A stretch of DNA of 64,000 nt, from contig OY968764.1 in the NCBI GenBank assembly GCA_963695335.1, positions 800,001 through 864,000 of the forward strand, written 5' to 3'. Both the position numbers and the translations under genes were made by a program. This stretch comes from an uncultured bacterium. Lineage in GTDB: Bacteria > Babelota > Babeliae > Babelales > Vermiphilaceae. Below the pieces are notes generated by a model. The model searched no databases and had not been told where the DNA came from. It worked only from the letters and a program-made list of their open reading frames with translations. Below are positions 59,990-64,000 of this stretch, piece by piece; the first letter of the stretch is position 1; each line of letters opens with the position of its first letter.

Positions 59990-60218
59990 GACTGCACAAA
60001 AAATAAAATCTATTATCGCTGAAAAATTACATGAAGATGCAGCAAGCATAAATTCGCAAGCAACATTGCAAGATCTTGGTGCTGATTCACTTGATATGGT
60101 TGATATTGTGATGAAAGTTGAAGAAGAGTTTGGTATTGAAATTAATGATGAAGACGCTGAGAAACTTCATACGGTCCAAGATTTTATTAACTATGTTCAT
60201 GATTTAAGAACGAAATAA
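59970..60218 (+). CDS. acpP: Acyl carrier protein
   Basis: DLGADSLD.V..VM..EEEFGIEI.DE.AEK..TV.D. Confidence 0.95.
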   Translation: MAIEMNETAQKIKSIIAEKLHEDAASINSQATLQDLGADSLDMVDIVMKVEEEFGIEINDEDAEKLHTVQDFINYVHDLRTK

Positions 60219-60224
60219 AGAAAA

Positions 60225-60265
60225 GAGCGCTCGAAGATATCCTTCAACAGGTTCAGGACGAGCGC
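60225..60265. repeat. Family A half element after acpP
   Basis: GAGCGCTCGAAGATATCCTTCAACAGGTTCAGGACGAGCGC. Confidence 0.85.
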
Positions 60266-60286
60266 AGGATAGAATTAATTAAATAA

Positions 60287-60470
60287 GTACCTACACATTT
60301 CGTATGATGGTTTAGGCTGCTTCTTAGCAGACTGTGGCCTGAATTCGAAATGATCTAAGGAATCCAAGGGAACCATTGGTGTGCAGTGCAGAGGGTCACA
60401 AGACCCTTTGCAAAAAAACAACCGTAACGAAGTGAAGGTTTAGGTCTCCGGCGTTAAGCTGGAGATTTTG
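60287..60470. ncRNA. Candidate structured non-coding element of unknown class
   Basis: GC-richer intergenic stretch with several stems (CATTTCG/CGAAATG, TTTAGGC/GCCTGAA, TGATGGTT/AACCATTG, TGCAGAGGGTC/GACCCTTTGCA, TCTCCGGC/GCTGGAGA). Confidence 0.3.
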
Positions 60471-60478
60471 TCTTTTCT

Positions 60479-62053
60479 TTAAAATGCCGCCCCACCTTTA
60501 AGCCAAAAGCTTGCTTGTCCCATAGTAGTATCAGCGGGTTGGTAAGAGTTCCTTGTATTAATCCCTTCAAATTCAATTTCTGCACCAGCCCCAAAAAATG
60601 GTGTTGCACAATCACAACAATCTGGCCATGAATATGATAAATTTAAGAAAAATTTTTGTGTTACAAGCAATGGTGATGCAGCTGATTTTAAGTTAAGATC
60701 TTTGGTGTTAATGAATACTGGCATTAATCCATCCGGCACTATTTGTTCTGTTTCAAAAATGGTTGCACTACTTTCAGTTGTATTGTTCGGTTGACCTGTG
60801 ATTGGGTTTACAGCAAATTGTACACCTTTTAAGCCATATTTATTGGGTGTAATGCCTTCACGTAATGAAATTTTTTCTCTACTTCTAATCCATCCATTGT
60901 ATCCAATATCAAAAAGAAAATTTTTATACGTGTATCCAAACATAAATACCATATCAACCTGTATATCCACGCGTACATCGCATGCAAGTGTGGTGACGTT
61001 GATTGCGGGAAGCATTCTTTGAGCGAAGACTCCGTCTTCGTCGAATTCTTTAAGAAGGATGTAGCGGCTGAAGAATCCATTTTTACAAAAATCAAATGAG
61101 CGATGTTGTTTTGCTTTGAGCATGTTGGTGAAGTTTGCATCAACCCAAATGATAAGATTTTGTTCATTATCGCTTTCCCACAGTTGATGGTGGCCGGTGA
61201 ACCCAACACCAATTTGCCAATGTTTGCCACAACCTATGCGCGGTTCAAAAAGAAATTCACCTTTGGGGCGTGATCCCGTTGGTGCAGATGCACGGAAATT
61301 GATTCCGGCATGTGATGTTTCTCTATGAATAAAATCGTAACCAAGAACCATTTCTAATGCAGCAAGACCACTGAGCGTTTGTGAGCCACATATTTTCCCA
61401 TACTTTAATTTCTCAACTTCACCAAATGGGTATATGCCGCGCATTGCTTGTGTGTATGAACTGTATGGAGGTGTGACTGCATCTGCTGCCATGTAACCAG
61501 CAGGAAAAGGACTGTTACTTTCATCAATATTTTCTTCAGAAAGTTTGAGATTCCATTTCGTCCACACACCTGGTCCACGGAACTGCATGTATAATCCTGG
61601 AAGCCATTTATTAAGGCCAATATACAGAGCCATATCACATTCAAGATTTTGAATCAGTGGTTTAAAGAATGCATTACTTGCAAATTCAGGAGAAAGACCA
61701 AAGTAATCTGCAAGGAGTTCTTGAGTGCCTTCACGGCCAGGAATTTCACTGCCAGAAAGAGAGAATGTATCAGAATTAAAAAGAGCTAAGGAAATATTTT
61801 TTGGTCTAAGGGATTGGTTGTATTGTGGCGTGAATGCAAGAGCAGAATAATTTTTGTTGGTGTCGTAGCGGTGAATAAAAGGATGCCACCCAACCACGTC
61901 ACGCGCAGCGTTAATATCTTGTGAGCGCGGACTGAAAATAGAAAGACTGCGCAGTTGGTTTACCGCATTAACTTCCGGTTGTTCTGATGAATAAAGGAAT
62001 GATGATGGTAGTGAAGTGAGTAAGAGTACATTTATTATATTTTTTTTCATCAT
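60479..62053 (-). CDS. Putative outer-membrane beta-barrel protein
   Basis: Signal peptide, beta-strand periodicity, APTG..P..E.LFEP..G.GKHW, C-terminal Phe (WLKGGAAF). Confidence 0.55.
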   Translation of the reverse strand: MMKKNIINVLLLTSLPSSFLYSSEQPEVNAVNQLRSLSIFSPRSQDINAARDVVGWHPFIHRYDTNKNYSALAFTPQYNQSLRPKNISLALFNSDTFSLSGSEIPGREGTQELLADYFGLSPEFASNAFFKPLIQNLECDMALYIGLNKWLPGLYMQFRGPGVWTKWNLKLSEENIDESNSPFPAGYMAADAVTPPYSSYTQAMRGIYPFGEVEKLKYGKICGSQTLSGLAALEMVLGYDFIHRETSHAGINFRASAPTGSRPKGEFLFEPRIGCGKHWQIGVGFTGHHQLWESDNEQNLIIWVDANFTNMLKAKQHRSFDFCKNGFFSRYILLKEFDEDGVFAQRMLPAINVTTLACDVRVDIQVDMVFMFGYTYKNFLFDIGYNGWIRSREKISLREGITPNKYGLKGVQFAVNPITGQPNNTTESSATIFETEQIVPDGLMPVFINTKDLNLKSAASPLLVTQKFFLNLSYSWPDCCDCATPFFGAGAEIEFEGINTRNSYQPADTTMGQASFWLKGGAAF

Positions 62054-62191
62054 GACAGCTCCTTTTTGTAATCCCCAATTACCATTTTATTTTAATTGGG
62101 GACTTCATTGAAAGAGAATTGATGATGAACTTATTTTCCAGCGCGCTACTTTTTAGTTTTTGGCATCTGTTTCACAAACTCTCAGTATTTA

Positions 62192-62647
62192 TTAATACAT
62201 ACTTTCATCTTGAGTTACAAATTCCGAGGCTTTTAAGCCGTGGTTGTTTTTATCTGATTGTGACGTGGTGTTTATGGGTCTTTGTGGTGATGGAAGTTCT
62301 GGCAATGGTCTTTGTGGCGGTGTGTTGTATTCACTTGTAGAAGAACTCGTTGTTGTAGGTTCCATGTCATTTGGGTGTACTGTGGCATCTATTGGATGAT
62401 GCGTTGATGGAGCGGCTGATGATGGTCTTTGAGGAGGTTGAGTAGAAGAGCTCGTTGTTGTAGGTTCCATGTCCTTTGATTGTACTGTGGTTCTTTTTGG
62501 TTTGGATGATGGAGCTGATGATAATGGCCTTTCAGGGGTGTTAGTATTGGATTGTTTGTTCTGAGTAGGAGAATGAATTGCCATTGGACTCATTGAGCTT
62601 ATGGTACATAATATTATGATTGCAACTATATTTTTAAAACAGTTCAT
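62192..62647 (-). CDS. Secreted Ser/Thr/Pro-rich disordered protein with internal repeats
   Basis: Signal peptide; DMEPTTTSSST twice (32-bp repeat at 62337-62368 and 62442-62473, 1 mismatch); P[QE]RP repeats. Confidence 0.65.
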   Translation of the reverse strand: MNCFKNIVAIIILCTISSMSPMAIHSPTQNKQSNTNTPERPLSSAPSSKPKRTTVQSKDMEPTTTSSSTQPPQRPSSAAPSTHHPIDATVHPNDMEPTTTSSSTSEYNTPPQRPLPELPSPQRPINTTSQSDKNNHGLKASEFVTQDESMY

Positions 62648-62663
62648 GAAAATCCCTTATTAT

Positions 62664-63998
62664 TTATTTGTGCATCTCTTTTACAAATTCACTCAACTCT
62701 TTTTTCACCGCAGTATCTTTGAGTGATGGTTGTTGCGTATCAATTTTTTTATCAATCAATTGTGCAATAGATTCCAGAGTTATTGGTTGTTTGAGTTTTT
62801 TAATCTCTTGCGATGTTAAAAATTTCTTACTGAGATAATTCATATCCGTTGTTGGTGCAAAGTTAAGAGAGTAAATGAATTTCGCCAGATGAGGATCTTC
62901 AAAGTTATTGATTTCTGTTTCGCATTGATACATATTTCCATTGAATTCAAAAGCGACTTCTAAATGTGCGCGTATAGTCTGTCCAGGAATATGTTTTATC
63001 TGAATAATAAGATTGTTGATGACATTGGTGGCACTTTGTTTGATAGATATACCAGTTACCTTTTTTACTATAAATGTTTGTGGATGAATGCGAGCATTGA
63101 AAGATATAAAGTTAAAGATGAGTGCCTGTAATGGATTTTCAAAACTTATTTCTTTAAATAGGTGAATTGCTTCATGAGATGGATTAATGAGGGCAGGCGT
63201 TGGTGATATTATTGCACAATGCATATTTTTACCAAAATTAAGTGAAGCGTTGATACGCGATGGAGTAATGGTAATAAGGTCAATATTTGTATCACTCAGA
63301 TCTATTGGTCTGTTTTCAATTTCATGAGCTTTAATGAGTGTGTTGGTTATATTTTTTGTTTTTTTACCAAGGGACAGTGCACCAAAAACACCAACACCAG
63401 GAAAACGAATAAAGGGTTGATTTTGTGGATTCATAGCAGGGACAATAGCACTCAGAACATAAGCAAATGGCTCTTGTTCTGTTTTATCTTTTTTTGTTTC
63501 CACAAACGTTTCTGGTCTATCAATAAATATTTTTAAAACTTTGAAGAATGCAGAGAATGGTTTTTTTGATACTACCGTATACGGTGCTTTTGAGTTGAAT
63601 GTTAAGATTAAATGTGGTCCCTGGGTTGGTCTTTCATCCAACCCTTGGGTTGAAACAATAAAATTAACATTAAGTGATGAGAGTGTTTCATTAACAAAAG
63701 TTTGCTTGTATCCACCATCAAGACAACTTGTATAATGTACGTAATACATATATAAGTTGTGGTCAAAGAATGTCATGAGAGATGAAAAATCATCCATTGT
63801 GGTTCCTGCAATGTTCGCTTGTCCTATTACAAGTTGTGAGTCTGGCCAATCTGATTTCCCTTGTAATATTTTTTCGTATTTTTTAATGTTTTCTTCAGCG
63901 ATAATTATATTTTGTTGAGCATCATGGTGTTTTCTATTGTTTTGTAATGCTTCCTGATAAAAAGCAAGATTTTGTTGGTTGATATCTAATTGTTCACG
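62664..63998 (-). CDS. Hypothetical protein, 5' end beyond the window
   Basis: The frame stays open upstream of ATG 63797 to the window end (REQLDINQQ...AGTT-MDDFSS). Confidence 0.65.
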   Translation of the reverse strand, partial: REQLDINQQNLAFYQEALQNNRKHHDAQQNIIIAEENIKKYEKILQGKSDWPDSQLVIGQANIAGTTMDDFSSLMTFFDHNLYMYYVHYTSCLDGGYKQTFVNETLSSLNVNFIVSTQGLDERPTQGPHLILTFNSKAPYTVVSKKPFSAFFKVLKIFIDRPETFVETKKDKTEQEPFAYVLSAIVPAMNPQNQPFIRFPGVGVFGALSLGKKTKNITNTLIKAHEIENRPIDLSDTNIDLITITPSRINASLNFGKNMHCAIISPTPALINPSHEAIHLFKEISFENPLQALIFNFISFNARIHPQTFIVKKVTGISIKQSATNVINNLIIQIKHIPGQTIRAHLEVAFEFNGNMYQCETEINNFEDPHLAKFIYSLNFAPTTDMNYLSKKFLTSQEIKKLKQPITLESIAQLIDKKIDTQQPSLKDTAVKKELSEFVKEMHK

Positions 63999-64000
63999 AA

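Overview
AT-rich chromosomal window from a diderm bacterium. The mix of housekeeping genes, many signal-peptide-bearing orphan or paralogous proteins and eukaryote-like domains (ankyrin-RING, PP2C, F-box-like, Nca2/DGS1-like) suggests an intracellular parasite of protists, most consistent with Candidatus Dependentiae/Babelota (TM6); this assignment is inference. Core genes: xerC/D (partial), mrdA, rpsT, rpmB, ftsH, tolQRA/tolB, mnmA, ssb, grpE, lepA, gyrA, dprA, a TroABCD-type Mn/Zn ABC transporter, rpmF, plsX, gltX, a fabD-like gene and acpP. One complete IS5-family element is present. Main observations: (1) three families of short palindromic REP-like elements occur between genes and also in frame inside at least 8 protein genes, and they nest inside one another; (2) a colicin E3-like RNase toxin plus candidate immunity gene sits between tolA and tolB; (3) a tandem pair of apparent bacterial homologues of the mitochondrial outer-membrane protein Nca2/DGS1; (4) secreted-protein cassettes with conserved flanks and variable cores, and a recurrent 'signal peptide followed by Met-Glu/Asp' design; (5) probable pseudo-enzymes (FabD lacking the catalytic Ser, PP2C lacking metal-binding Asp). 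No rRNA, tRNA or CRISPR array was recognised. All family calls come from motif recognition by eye, without database searches.
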